A DNA stretch of 64,000 bases from Eledone cirrhosa. Lineage: Eukaryota. The translations under genes and the position numbers were made by a program. Below, one piece after another: positions 36,845 through 50,917 of this stretch; the stretch's first letter is position 1; each line of letters starts with the position of its first letter. The notes beneath the pieces are model-generated. The model was not told the DNA's origin. It saw only the letters and a list, made by a program, of their open reading frames with translations, and made no database searches. The DNA is taken from positions 295,120,001 to 295,184,000 of the forward strand of contig OZ024742.1 of assembly GCA_964016885.1 (NCBI GenBank), read 5' to 3'.

Positions 36845-37855
36845 TCAAAGCAGAAGTTTCCGAAAGTCATGGGAACTGTGCTGTTTTCTGACTTTGTGGG
36901 CATGCCCACATGTGTTAGACACATGGAAATCAAAAAGGTACTCAGGGTTGTTGTTGGCAAGATGGTTAATAATTTTGTGGGTGTTTACCAAGTCAGTTGC
37001 CAGGCGTCGGAGCTGCAATGTATCCATGCCCAGGGAAGCAAGGCGTTCAGAGTATGGTAGATGCCTGATGGAGGGTATTCGCTTGGTTGCACGTCTCTGA
37101 ACAGTTTCCAGGCGGTCAATGTTCTGAGCAAGATAGGGGTTCCAGACTGGTGATGCAAATTCTAAGTGTGGCCGCACCATAGCCATGTACAGCCTTAAAT
37201 AGATAGCTGGAGAGCGGCTGACAAAGGTCTTGCTGAGTGATGCTAAGACACCCTCAGTCCTCTTGACAATTTTAGAGACGTGCTTCGTCCAACGCAAATC
37301 GCTGCTGACTGTAATGCCCAGGTCACGTTCACAAGAAAACTTCTTGATATTAGTGCTGTGGAGGGAGTATGTGGACGCTGGGTTTTTACTCCCAAAATGC
37401 ATGGTGGTGCACTTGTCCACAGCAAGCTTGAGTTGCCAGTCTGAGATCCATTGTTGCATTGTGTCCAGGTCAGACTGCAAGCAAGATCTATAGTGTTCAG
37501 GATCTGCTCTTTTTATCTCAAGGTACAGCTTGATGTCATCTGCATATTTCAGTACTGTGGCATTCTTTAAGTTGGCATCTATGTCATTAATATATGCCAC
37601 AAACAAAAGGGGGCCAAGAACAGATCCCTGTGGTACACCAGACATCTCATATGGTGAGGAATGCTGTCCCAGAACCATGACTACCTCTCTTCGACTGAGA
37701 ATGAAGGACTTCAACCAGTTAAAAAGATTATCCTTCACACCCATTGCAGAGTTTTGCCATAAGTCTTTTATGTGGCACAGAGTTGAAAGCCTTCGCAAAG
37801 TCAAGGTAAACAACATCCACCCATGAGCCGCCATCAGTGATCCGGGTGATGTCTT
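36845..37855 (-). mobile_element. CR1/L2-group LINE reverse-transcriptase fragment (329-aa open frame)
   Basis: SGVPQGSVLGPLLF, YADD, ERDLGI, VRPHLEFASPVWNP and LETVQRRATK motifs. Confidence 0.92.
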
Positions 37856-38367
37856 ACTTTAAACCTCTGACACCAACCTAGACTTGGTTCTATGAAACAA
37901 AACAATCCATTTTAAAAGGTTCCTATTTAAATCAAAATCTTCTTACCATAATTTTTTAAATGAACCATATATTAAGTTACTATTTTAGTAATGAAATGAT
38001 TAATTGCTTTCATAAATCTCTTCAAATTTGTCATTGATTAGTTAAAATATAGTGTATTTCATCAGAAATAAGGTCATGAATAAGTAATCTAGCTATTAAT
38101 TGGTTCATTTATTTAAATAAGATATAAGAAAAATAGAAAAAAAAGTAAGTTTGGAAACCTAAATATTTAAAACAATATCTTACAAAGCAAATATCGTAGT
38201 TAATATTCAATAAATTTAAGTTATTATGAAGGTAGGAAAAGGAAAAGAAATGAATATATATTTAAACATTTTACAGATATAAAAATTTTCTAAATGATGT
38301 AGGATATTTCAATTCTTGAGAGATAGATGTTAATATATTATTTTAAAATAAAACATGGTAATATTTT

Positions 38368-38610
38368 TTAACCCTTTCATTACCATATTTTTATGAAAGA
38401 CACTGCCTGTGATTTTGAAATCATTCTGAAAATAATCATGTGGAAAGATTTAGTAAAATAATGAACTTTCTCATTAAACTCGTAATTGGACTATAATTTA
38501 ACAAATGTTTTTTATATAAAATTACAATGAAAAGTTTGTTGATAGATATATACAGCTGTGTATCATAGAACCAGAGTTGGTTTCAGTTGGTTCATTATCA
38601 AAAGGGTTAA
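38368..38610. mobile_element. piggyBac-type MITE (TTAA-CCCTTT...AAAGGG-TTAA), abundant family
   Basis: TTAA at both ends with CCCTTT TIRs; related copies near 197-478, 5190-5387, 14653, 23836, 41637-41871, 49371-49529, 62135-62738 and 62735-62950. Confidence 0.85.
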
Positions 38611-41600
38611 AGTAGCCAATTCTAAAATCTTTATTTATTAATGCTGACTACATGTATGTATATTCTATTGTGGTACTAACACTGGGGCAATTGTTATGTC
38701 CTCAGTCAAACTGTGAGGTAGTGATTGCATCAGAGGGGAGGGGAACAACAGAAAGAGAGGAGAGTGAGGACAAGTGTTAGGTAGTGGAAGTGACTTTAGC
38801 ATGGTTTTCATGGCTGAATGCTTTTTCCTAATGCCAACCACTTTACAGTCTATCCTGGGTAATTAGCTTATGTTCCACAGCTGAGTGCTTTGGAATAAGT
38901 ATTATAAAGGATGGTACCAGTACATCCGGTCATAGAATACTGCATCCAAAAATGTTGAGTTAGTTTATCATTGTGAAGTACATACAAACAACAATTCCAA
39001 TTAGGTCATTAAACCACACCTAATAGAAGACCCTCTCTAATATTAAATTAAAATACTTGGTGGCGTTTTTGTGTAATTTTCTACTTATTTACAAGATTTC
39101 CGCTACCAAAAATTCCACCTATTCTCACAAACTACTTATATTACATTTATTCTATCTCCTTGCAATTTTTGATAAGCTTGTTACACTATTAAGTTGTGAC
39201 TTTTTAAAATCATCTTGCAAACATTATATAAAATCAATTTATACTACATTATAGGTGAAGGCATGGCTGTGTGGCACCTTTAACATGTCTTTTACTATAG
39301 CCTGAGGTTGACCAATGCCATGTGAGTGAAACTGGTAAACAGAAACTGTGTGGAAACCAATCACAGTAACATCATCATCCTTGTTTTATGGAGGACACTG
39401 TGTTAGCATGATTTTCTGTGTGAAATCTTTTTTCTATCACTAACAACATTACATGGACTGGGTGCATTTTATGTTTGTGTCTTCATCAGGATGTGTTCAT
39501 GTCTAATGTGTCCATGCCTACTGGTTATGTCCTGTAACTTAGTAGCTTGACAAATTAAGATTGATAAATTAAGGAGCAGACTTGGAAAAATAAGTACTGG
39601 ATTTGATCATACCAACTTGAAAGATGGCTAACTGAAACCAGTCAGAGTACTTTGATACACAACACATAGATTTTTTCCATTTTGGCAGAGGGTTATATGG
39701 TCTGCTATGCAGTATGTATTAGTGATTAGACATCACCACATCTTCCTCTTCTATAAGTGCCTTCCACTGATAACACATATTAACATTCCCTCAATTCATT
39801 TGTGGTCTGATCTGTAAATGGATGGTAACTGGGGACAATATAGTGTTTAAGAAGACTATCCAGTTTGGTTGTGCATATAACAACCTATCTGATGCTGGGG
39901 CCACAATAAAATGCACCCAATACACTCTGTAAAGTGTTAATGTTAAAATGAACCCAGTACACTTAATACGGTGGTTGGTATTAGGAAGGGCATCCAGCTG
40001 TAGAAACCATACAAAATATGAAATGTCTGAGTATATGAGGTTGCTCATAGTCTCAGACAATGACAACCTATTCTAATTCATGCCAACACGGAAAGCAAAC
40101 TAATGATATGTCTTTCATGTACAAACCATCAGATTAAATACTGCACCATTTGTTCCACTTTTCTGCACCTTTTTTTCAAATCCTGCTAGTCAACTCTGCC
40201 TTTCATCCTTTTAGGGTCAATAAATGGTGGAATTGTCAGTATTGGGGTGTTCTGAATTTAAATCTTTCCACGCTTATGCCAGATAGTATCAGAATAGAAA
40301 CATAGTTCCCTTGGTCTAATTTGAAGATCACTTTCATTTCATTACAAATCTCCCACAATTGATGAGATTCACTTATACAGCATCACATTTCATACTATCT
40401 CTCTTTTAGATGGAAAGAGGGAATCCCTTTGTATTCCAACAGATACACCAGCTACTTCAGTCCTTATTTAAACTAGTACCTTCAGCACTGATTACATCAC
40501 CTCAGCAACTCTCATCTGTCTAGCAAATGATCTAAAACGTTCAGAGATTGATAACTATTCTTTGTACATCGTAAATCTTGATTGTCATTCTTACATTGTG
40601 CGAAACAAAGGTAGATAACACTTGATTTATGGTTCGATAATCTGTTAAACTATTGGATCAATAACTCATACAAAATGTAACGGTTTGGGGGAAAATTAAT
40701 TATTGGTGAAAGTATTTTATAGTTTAGCAGTTATCTATTTTTCAAATGGAAACTTTAATGTAAGATATGTTTGACTAAATATATACATTAGTTTTCTATT
40801 TTATGCTATGCTTATACAATATATTTTCGGTTAAGTCAAAGAGGAAACGCGCAGTGGCTACAACCATTTTTCAGGGCCTGAAAGATTGGTGGAAAGTAGA
40901 AAGGTATCCTTAAAAAAAGACCTTGCCTAAATGCTTACAAAAGCGTAGATTCCAACAAAGAGATTCAAGAGGCAGGTGGTGGTGTTAACCCAGGAGATAT
41001 TAAATCCATGTAAGCCAAAGTAGAATTTGAACACAGAACGAAAAGATGCTGAAATATCTCAAGGAATCCTCATCCAACGCTCAACGAATTCTGCCAATTC
41101 TCCACCATAGACAGGTACTTTATTACAGCAACCCCTATTGAATGAAAAAAAAAAAGGCAATATCTTTGGGATTTGCAAAAAACTGAAGCCATTGTCTCCG
41201 CTAAGCTGCAGAGGTACCTGGCCATGCAGTTGTTGCAGTGGTGATGTGTACATTAAAATATTTTTGTTCAAAGCATCAGACGTTCTGCCATGCAGTGGCC
41301 GGGAAAAATTAGAGGAAATGTTGACTAAAGTTGTCACTCAAAATTGAGTATGACCTGGTAGTATGGACCATGCTTTCACTAAAAGTAGCCAGACACCTTC
41401 TTGATCTAACAGAACATTCAGAATGTCCTAATTGCAAGAAAAGAGGGTTGAACCAACACTGTTCTGATACTTTCTTTATCAACCTCAAAAGGATAAAAGA
41501 CAAAGTGACCCTCGGCAGGTTTTGAACTCAGAAAGCAGAGAGCCCAGAACAAATGTCCGATACTGAAATGAACCACCTAGGCAAACGGAACAATAACCAT

Positions 41601-41636
41601 CTAACACAACCAACAGGTTAAATCTATTGGGTAGTA

Positions 41637-41871
41637 TTAACCCTTTCATGATTGCATTTCTAATTAAATAAACTCTGTTTCAATTAATTAATGAAGAATT
41701 TTGAGGGATTTATTAAAATTATCAATTATTTCATAGCTAAGATTAGTAACTTAATGTGAGGTTCTCTTATAAAATTATGTTGGAAGATTTTAAATTGGAA
41801 ACCTTTAAAATTGGTGACTTTCTTTCATAAAACCAGAGCCGGTTTGGCCAGATTGATAACAAAAGGGTTAA
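41637..41871. mobile_element. piggyBac-type MITE copy
   Basis: TTAACCCTTTC ... AAAAGGGTTAA. Confidence 0.85.
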
Positions 41872-42519
41872 CAATGTATACACTTGCTCATCATCACCGT
41901 TTTACGTCCGTTCTTCCACGCTAGCATGGAAGAGAAATTTCAGGTTTCCCACTATTATTTATGTTGTGCATAGGACTTCTGTCGTTTTCGACAAGTGTCC
42001 AAGTTATTTGAAGATAACAGCCTGCTGGTGAAATTAACATACAAGTAGCTTAAATGTAGATCTCAGGGAGATGCAGCATGACAAGGCTCGCCCTTTGAAT
42101 TACAGGTACAAGTAACTCAATTCTGCTAGCTGAGTGGACTGGAGTAACGTGAAATATACTGTCTGGCTTAAAGATTCAACGAGCCACCAGGAATCAAATT
42201 CACGACCTTTCAAAACTACCAAGCCACATACCTTCATAATTATATATGCTAATCTCACAATCTCAACATTTCTTCTCAGATAATAAGTCCTATCTGTTAT
42301 CTTTAACATACCAAAATTACTACAACAGCAATAGAAAAGGATGGGGGGGAGATCATCAAAACAATGCTAAACATATGTTCAGTGGACTTTTGTAAGTTTT
42401 TGATAACTATAACATAAACGTATGATTGCTTATCAATTACTAGAGTATCAACACAGTATGTTGTTATGGCACATACTTGCATAGGTTTAAATGATGACCA
42501 AAGTGTGTGAGCAAGTTTC

Positions 42520-43290
42520 TGGTGTTACCTTTGGGAACTATCACCTGGAGTACGCGAACGACACAACTCTACTCAGCTCAGGGATGCACTGACAATTTAC
42601 CAGAAGGAATCAGCAAAGCTGGATCTTCAGGTGAGCTGGGCGAACCAAGCTGATGCATGTTGGCGACAGCCTGGATCCTCCCCATTTCATATTGGCCCCC
42701 GATACCATTGTCAGCTCCTCCATTTACCTGGGCTCAACAATCACCAACAATGGAGACCTGACCACAGAGGTCAACTGCAGATGCGGTCTGGCCAGCGGGG
42801 TCATGCACTCTCTATGGAAGCCTCTTTGGTGCCACTGTTCTATCTCCCAGAAGATAAAGCTCCATCTCTACAACACGTTGTTCCTCACCGTTCTCCTCTA
42901 TGGAGCAAAAACATGGCCCCACACAAACACTCTGGCAAAGAGGATCAACAGCTTCAATAGCAGAGCCTTGAGGACCATCGAGAACATCAGATGGTACCAC
43001 CACATATCTAACAGAGTTATATGCGTGCATCAGCCTGCAGCCTTATAGTCATCCGCCGCATGTGTTGGTACATCTCCTCCGCCTGCTGTCAGATCATCCT
43101 ACCTGGGCCTTAGTCTTGTTCGATGCAGCAGCTACAGGTTGGAAGAGGCCCTGCACTAGTCTTCAGAGACTCAACATCACCTTGGATCACAGGACCACTG
43201 GTGGACCTGGTCGGCTTTATATATGATGATGCCTCTGAGATCACTGACTTAGGAACTTCAGTCTCATCGAGCAAGAGCAAGAGGAAGAGA
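42520..43290 (+). mobile_element. Decayed 3' fragment of a second RTE-type LINE family
   Basis: LEYANDT (YADD variant), YLGSTITNNG, KLHLYNT...LLYGAKTW and a (CAAGAG)n-like tail. Confidence 0.85.
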
Positions 43291-46200
43291 AAATGAGCAT
43301 TGTATCATAATAAACAGAGCTAGGAGAGAATGAGTTAAATGAAAGTGAAGGTGAGTGGCCTTGTGTTTAGGATGTTGGACACACAATCATGTCATGGGTT
43401 TGATTCCTGGACTGGATGACATGTGTTCTTGAGCAAGACACTTCATTTCACATTGCTTTTCATGAGAAGCCTCCCATGAGTCCAGCTTCATAGCTGTAAA
43501 TTTCATTCTATTTCAAAAACAGACTATGTATGAAGAAGCATGGCTAACTGTGTGATACTGGAGAGAATAAGTTCAATTAAATTTATTGGATGTATAATAT
43601 TAACTGAACTTCATAAAAGACAGCAGAATCGAGCTGAATGAGCAGTTGATGAATGCAGTGACAGAGAGGCCATACAGACAAGTAAAAGAAAAACAACTGA
43701 AAAATATATTAATGAACAATGGGCTGACCTGATAGATGGCAGATGCCTAGGTCAGTTTTTAAGACCCAGCCCACTTCTGCATCTATGTAAATGGTATAGA
43801 GATGTGATGCAAATTAGGAAAGTTAAAGCAATGGATTAAATGCCTCAATATTTGTTCTGGTTCTCTGCATTCTGAGTAAAAGTTTCCTGAGATCAACTTT
43901 GCCTTTCATCCTTTCAGGGCCAACAAATAAAGTAGCAGTTCAGGAGCAGTGGATTCATAGAATTGTTGATGGTTCAGTCAGGATACTTTGTGGTATCTGA
44001 TTTGACTGTGTGTTCTGAGTTCAAATCCTGCCTACATCTGCCAAGAGTTGTGACCGGCAATTAGTATCAGCAATGTAAAGACCAGTTGAAACATTGTTTC
44101 CTCGGTCAGATCTGACGATTAGTACATCTCCGTTCCTTTCAAGCTGTCGGTGGAGGGTATTAATGGAAGGGAAAAACTCTAAGAAAAAGATAAGGAAATC
44201 AGATGAGAATAAAAGACAGAAGTGAGTGTGAAGTGCTGAGGCAAATCAGTTTAACTTGTGTTTGCACAGAGAAATGGGTGCTATAATGTTTTTGTTACGG
44301 CTCACACATATGTAAGTTTAGCTGGCTTCCAACAAGGTTGCATGTCTCAGGAGGTTTCTCACATGTTTTTAATAATAGGGGCTCCAGTCCTATCATCAAA
44401 AAATTCTCCCCTGGATAGGACACAAGTCGTTGCAGGTGGGGAACCCCAGTTGCTGCTGGTATTCATTCTTTTTTTTTTCAAACTGAGTGAACTGGAGCAA
44501 TGTGAAATAAAACGTTGTTCAAGGGCACAATATGCCACCCAGTTGAAAAACCTAACCTATGATCTGATGAACAGGAGTCAAACATTTTAACCACTAGATG
44601 ATGACCATTCACTAGTTATGCCATTAACGAGTGAAAACTCACGCTAATATGATGTTTGACATTAAGAACAGTAAACTTCATTTAGAACTTGTATTTTAGC
44701 CCCAGGGGGTTAAAAGGCCAAATGTTCAAAGTTGTAAACTATATAACAGTTTGCCAATCAGTTTTAAAAGTAGTATAGCAATTTAGACAGCTTACATCAG
44801 TATTTGAATAAACGATTTAGCTAACTACTCCAGTTGCTTTTACATAGAAAGTGAAGCCCTTTATTGCCAATAGGGACAAGTTTCATTAACAATAAATAAG
44901 CACTATTGTATTTTTTATGTTTACTTTGCCATGCTTACATCTAAAAACCTTCTATCATAATTTTATGTAAGAACGTAGGTTTTGTTCCAAACACCAGATA
45001 AATAATGAAAAACTTAGTTATTTGACTAAATCACTTTAATTTAAAAATCATAGGGTGTTCCATTATAAATATGGTAACAGAAGGGTTAAACAATAGTCAA
45101 CTTGTGTATAATTTTATATGAGTCATAGATTACAGGTCACCCTTACAAAAGTAACATGTGCAAAGCTCTGTTATCATTTATCATTAAAACTACCGTATTG
45201 TCTTTGGTTAAACCTTTCTAAGCTGTAGCATACTTGGATGTGTTTTGGATACTGAAGGCATGTGGCCTAGTGGTTAGGGTGTTTAACATGATCATACAGT
45301 CATGGGTTTTGTTCCTGGACTGGTCAACACTGTTTTTGAGCAAGATGCTTCATTTTCTATTGCTTTTCATGCCTGAGGCTCCTATCATTAAAACATTTGA
45401 GAAACCTATGAGACATAACTTTATAGGAGCTCAGCCAAACCTACATGAGTGTGAGCTATAACAACAATAACACACCTGGCAGTGTTTTAGATACATTGTC
45501 CTTACTATTTACTAAAAATAGTGATTTTTCTACTCTGTGTATCTACTTTAAAATAAGTACACTATATATCTGTGTAAGAGGAAACTAAGAGTTGGCATCA
45601 GGTCATAAAACAATGTCTCGAAAAGCACTGCATGAGTATGAAATCTGCCATGGGCCCTTAAAACTAACATGCTCAGGCAGGGAAAATGACCTTTAAGCCT
45701 GTGTTCTTTTTGTGTATTACGATAATATTAGGCATATGTATCAATAATAACTTTCCATTGGCTAGCTCTTTTTATAATCTCTTGCAGCAGTTTTTTTTTA
45801 CTGTCAGATAACCTTACTGAAGTTTTTCATTCAACTCAACTACATTAAGTAGATACCAATGCCTTAAAAAACAGATAAATAGATTTAGCTGGGCTCCTAC
45901 GAGGTTGTATCTCATAAGAGGTTTCATCAACAGTGCCTTGTTCCATGCATGCATTGAATCCAAACCATAACCAGAAAATACTGTAAAGTGTATCATATTT
46001 TTTATTCTTTAGTCAGGAGGAAGGGCAATGCCCATGACCCTTTTCAAGGACTCTGAGACTGGTAGAGTGAGCAGGAATGTTATCTTCAAATTAGAGACCT
46101 GGCTCAAATGCTGGTAACAAGGACCAGATGGTGGTGTTAAACCAGATGACAGAAGTCTACCAAATAAGCCAGAATGGAGTTGAACTAAGATGGCAAAAAT

Positions 46201-47807
46201 TCAGAACAAATACTGCAAAACATCTTATCCAAAGCTCTAACAATTCTGCCAGTCCATCACACTAGACTTTATTATTGACTCTGAAAGGATCAAAGGCAAA
46301 GTTGAATTTGTCAGTTCATTCATTTTTTCAACTACAATATTTTGATTAATGAAAATTTTTTATTAAACCTTATGGTATGTTTATTTTATCACCATGACTT
46401 TGCATGTTGAAGACCTACAGGTACATTTTTTTTATCTCCCATCCCTTATGTACGAAAGTTATATAGGTATGTTTTAGTTAGTGTTAGTGCCACAATAAAA
46501 TGCTGCCATTCCACTCTGTAAAGTGATAGTGTTGGTGCCACAATAAAATCGTGGCCAGTATATGCTGTAGAAACCACATAAAAATGAAAAATTTAAGCAA
46601 GACATATTCAGCTGACCTACCTAGTCTCAAAACGTCACAATCCGTCCAACTCATACTACCATGGAAAATGGACACAAAACGTGACTGATGACAACATGTA
46701 AATCCTGCCTGGGGCAGTAAAATACCAATAACAACACTGACACTTCTAAATTTGTTATTTATATAAATTTCAAATTTAATAAAGCGATGTAAAACAAACT
46801 AAATTTAACATAAATGTAAAGTAACGTTATAAATACACAAATATTTAAAAATAAACATCTATTTATTTGAAATATGCCATAGAATACTCATATATACAAA
46901 GCTATTGTACACTGGAAAAGGATATAGAAGATGTTGAAGCTTGCCTTTAGAATCACGTATAGGGCTGCTAAAAAATCTCCCACTGATTCCAACTATGATT
47001 GGACAATGGGAAGTTACCTTAATAATTTCTGTTCCAGAATCAAAATAAATATAACTGCTTTAAAATTAATAAAAAAAATTGAACGTACATAATATAATAA
47101 TTTTCCGGTTTCCGTGATATTCCTTTTAAACAACTATATACATTTTAGGAAATCTCCTGTAGAAATTATAAAGGGATCTCTTTGTTCGATTAAATAATTA
47201 TGAGTGGGCATAAAGTAGGATTGAAAAAATTCCAATATGGTAAATGAACAGTACTTTTCTGATAGACTCCCTACACTGCCAAACGTAGGTAATCAATACC
47301 TTCTTGAAACACAACATAAAGATGCATTGGAGGTAAAACAATGTATCTTTATAGCCAAATGAACCATAAACAATAATTACCATGGGGGAGGTGGAGTGAA
47401 CCATTGCTATGAGAATAACCGAGTTTCCACTAAAAAGGCAGCAATGGTTCTATGAATTTCTAACCAATCATAATATATTAAAGATACTTTCTAGTGTTTT
47501 CAGTTCAGGTTATGCTCACATATACTTCTCTTTCTCTGTCCAACTCATGCTAGCATGGAAAATGGACGTTAAACAATGATGATGATGATACTTCTCTTTT
47601 TTTCTGTTTCACTGTACAGGATTTCATTTTAAGGTTGAAATAACTAGCAACTGCTGTGTTCATCAAATACAGCTAACCTTTTTGATACCCACTCCTTTGA
47701 GAGCACCCCTGCTTCTAAGAAGAAAAACCGTTTGTTATAAAATGATCATGTTTAAATTTATTTTGAAAAACTTTTAAAATTGTTTCAAACACCAACAGAA
47801 TAATGCT

Positions 47808-48203
47808 TAACCCATTAGCATTTACAATTATATTTTCAATGTAAAGGCTTTACCTCTCATAATATCGAATCTATGAAATTATCATCATCATCATCATTTT
47901 ACGTCCGCTTTTCCCTGCTTGCAAGGGTTGGACGGGCCCTATTCAGCACAGCATCTCTCCACTTGTCACGGTCCTTCGTCATTTCCTCCGTGAGTTTCAG
48001 CGATCTGGGATCTGCTCTCACCACCTCTGCCCATGTTTTCCGTGGCTACTTCTACTGCGTCTTCCTTCTACTGGAAGTTGATATTATTTATTTAGAGAAC
48101 AATACCTTAACATCAGTATGAGCGGCTGGTTACAGCTGGTTTGAATAGGAAGAGGTGAGAGAATTCTGGCCAGATATGGCCGGTTTAAATGCTAAAGAGT
48201 TAA
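47808..48203. mobile_element. Second TTAA MITE family, interrupted by a LINE 3' end (about 47881-48075); copies at 49929-50133 and 63520-63745
   Basis: TTAACCCATTAGCATTTA ... TAAATGCTAAAGAGTTAA; internal similarity among the three copies. Confidence 0.7.
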
Positions 48204-48503
48204 GTTAGTTATATTACTACATCCCTCAAATATTTTACTATTTCCAAATTTAATTGAATTTCATATGCAATATATTTCATAAGAAATATGGTAACGAAAT
48301 AGCTCAGATGCAGTGAACAATAGATTTCTCTTTGGTCTTCACAATTACCACCTTACCACACCTTTTTTGGAGGGAGGGGGCGTAATATCTAATGTGTCCT
48401 ATTTTTATGTGAGCATTTGATTTAACAAAGAAGTGAGCTGCTAGTTCTCACAGGTAGGGGTGGGGGGGTAGTTGCCAGGAATATACAACAGCTAAATAAA
48501 TAA

Positions 48504-48678
48504 TTGTTTCTACTTTAGGCACAAGGCCAGCAATTACCCAGTGCATTATTGGTACTTTATTTTATCGACCCCGTAAGGATGAAAGGCAAAGTCAACCTCA
48601 GCGGGATTTGAACTCAGGTCGTAAAGGGACATAACTATGCTGGAAAGCATGGCGTGCGACCCTCTACCGATACTGCCA
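48504..48678 (-). mobile_element. Young tRNA-derived SINE copy (same subfamily as 23923-24101)
   Basis: Near-identical sequence; short TSD-like TAAATAAT on both sides. Confidence 0.88.
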
Positions 48679-50260
48679 TAAATAATATTGCATTATATCT
48701 TATGTAATATAATTGAAATAAAATCGGGGGAGTGTAAGTATAAAAAAGTATATATATATATAAAGTCAGCCTTTATATCAGTTCTAAGGATTACCATAAT
48801 TATCATTAAAAGACATTCCCTGATTAAACTAAATGGAAAATAAATAAATTTCCTAGTTATAACCCATTGTTTTATGGGTGGAATAAGTAATATTCGGTTT
48901 CTTCACCAAATTGCAACAAAGCAATACTTATGGCTTGTGCGTATATATATATATAAGTATATGTATGTGTGTGTGTGTGTGTGTATTTATATATATGGAG
49001 AGAGAGAGAAAACACTGATGCCAGAGAACATTCAATGATGATGTTCTCCACTGCTTTTGTCTTACATTTCTGTTCCATGAATTCTCAAATTTAATAGATC
49101 ATAGCATTTGTATGACAGATGAACAAAAAGGCTGTACCTTATTATTATTATTATATATCAGCATTGAGAAATTGAAATGGAAAATTCCTTCACATAAAAT
49201 GAGATTAATCTTTAAACTGAAAGAATACCCATGACATATTAGCTTTTTGATGTTACCCCAAAAAACTTCGACCCACACAGCTCTTGCTACTACCTGTACA
49301 ATTACACCCTAAAAATAGCATCTCCTATACAGTCCAAATAATGGCAAATACATAAATACACTAACAACATTAACCCTTCCATTATCATATTTGTAATGTG
49401 ATGCACTGCCTATTATTTTCAAATCATTTTTTAAATAATAAAGAATTTGGAGAGATTTAATAATAATATTTTTTCTTTACTAAGCTTTGTATCATAGAAC
49501 TAGGGTCAGTTTGATATCAAAAGAGTTAACACCAAACATTATGTTGGAATGATGATAAATGCAGAACAACTGTGCCTCCACAACCAGAACCTAATGATCA
49601 TTAAAAAAATAGTTTGGGTAGTGGGAGGAGAGAAATTAAATCTAAACGTCACATATTTCTAAGACGCAAGGTAAGTATTGCTCACGCTACAAAAATAATT
49701 ATTTGTTTAATTATCTAATCACTTTTTGTTTTATAGTTTCTAGGCCCATTATTACAGTAGTTAAATAATGTCATTAATCTTTTGGAATAATTTAATAAAT
49801 AATTTTTCGACCGTGTTCGATTTTGTTTTGGAAGAGATGATACCATTGTGTGATGTTAGTCTCATTCAATTTGAAAGAAATTGTATCACTGTGTGAGGCT
49901 ACTGCCCTCAAATATACAACAGTCCATTTAACCCTTTAAACCAGCCATATATGGCCAGAATTTTTTCACCTCTTTCTGTTAAAACAGGCTGTAACTTGCA
50001 AATCATACTGATGTTAAGGAATTGTTCTCAAAATAAATATCAAAATCTCATAGATTCGATATTATGTGAGTTAAAGTCTTTACCATGAAAATACAATAGT
50101 ATATATAGAATAATGTAAATACTAATGGGTTAAGAGATGGTATCAGTGTGAAGTTACCTTAATGTTGTATATTAGATCTGTCTAAATTAATCTAAGAAAT
50201 TAATTTTGGAAAATCTAACTACACCTTTTCAACTAAGAACAAATTAAGATATACAATAGA

Positions 50261-50917
50261 CTAGCAGCCATATCTGGCCACGCCCAGGTTTATTAATACC
50301 TAAAACGAATATAATCACACAAATTCATTATATTTTGGATAAATTGTTTTAACTTTCTTGAACCAAATGCACTGAAACTGCCCATGGTTTCCATCATAAT
50401 CCTATATAGGAACCTTAGTTAAGTTATGCTCCAAACACCAGATAAATAATGAGAAAGTTATATTACTAAATCCCTCCAAATCCTTAATTATTTTAAAACA
50501 GACCTGGAAACCTTTCATTAGTAATATGGTAACAAAACGGTTAAAAAGATGCTGTTCATCTAAGAATGTTGACTCACTCAGAAGTGTTGCATCTGAGCTA
50601 AGATGTACAAAAAATTAATATAGAACATAAAATAAAATTTTACTCATAAATTTTTTTTCTGGAAAAACGTCTTTTTCTCTCCAAAATACTGCATTAATTA
50701 CTTTAAATGATATTTTTCTAATTAGTAACTCTTTCCAATATCTATTGCAGTACTTATGAATATACTTGCTTTTCGTATGGGACTAAAAAGAAAAGTTAAT
50801 TAAGAAAAAGTCATATAACCTTCTTGAAAAGACATGCTTCTATGCAAAATGTTGGCTATTCAGGTGCAAAATTGTGGAACATATAGACAGACATACATAA
50901 ACTTTTATATATTAAGA
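50261..50917 (-). mobile_element. Degraded non-autonomous Helitron with a nested MITE
   Basis: Plus strand A|CTAGCAGCC..TCTGGC-cac-GCCCAGG at one end and AGACAGACATACAT..TATATATTAAGA|T at the other; same architecture as 8957-9413. Confidence 0.55.
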
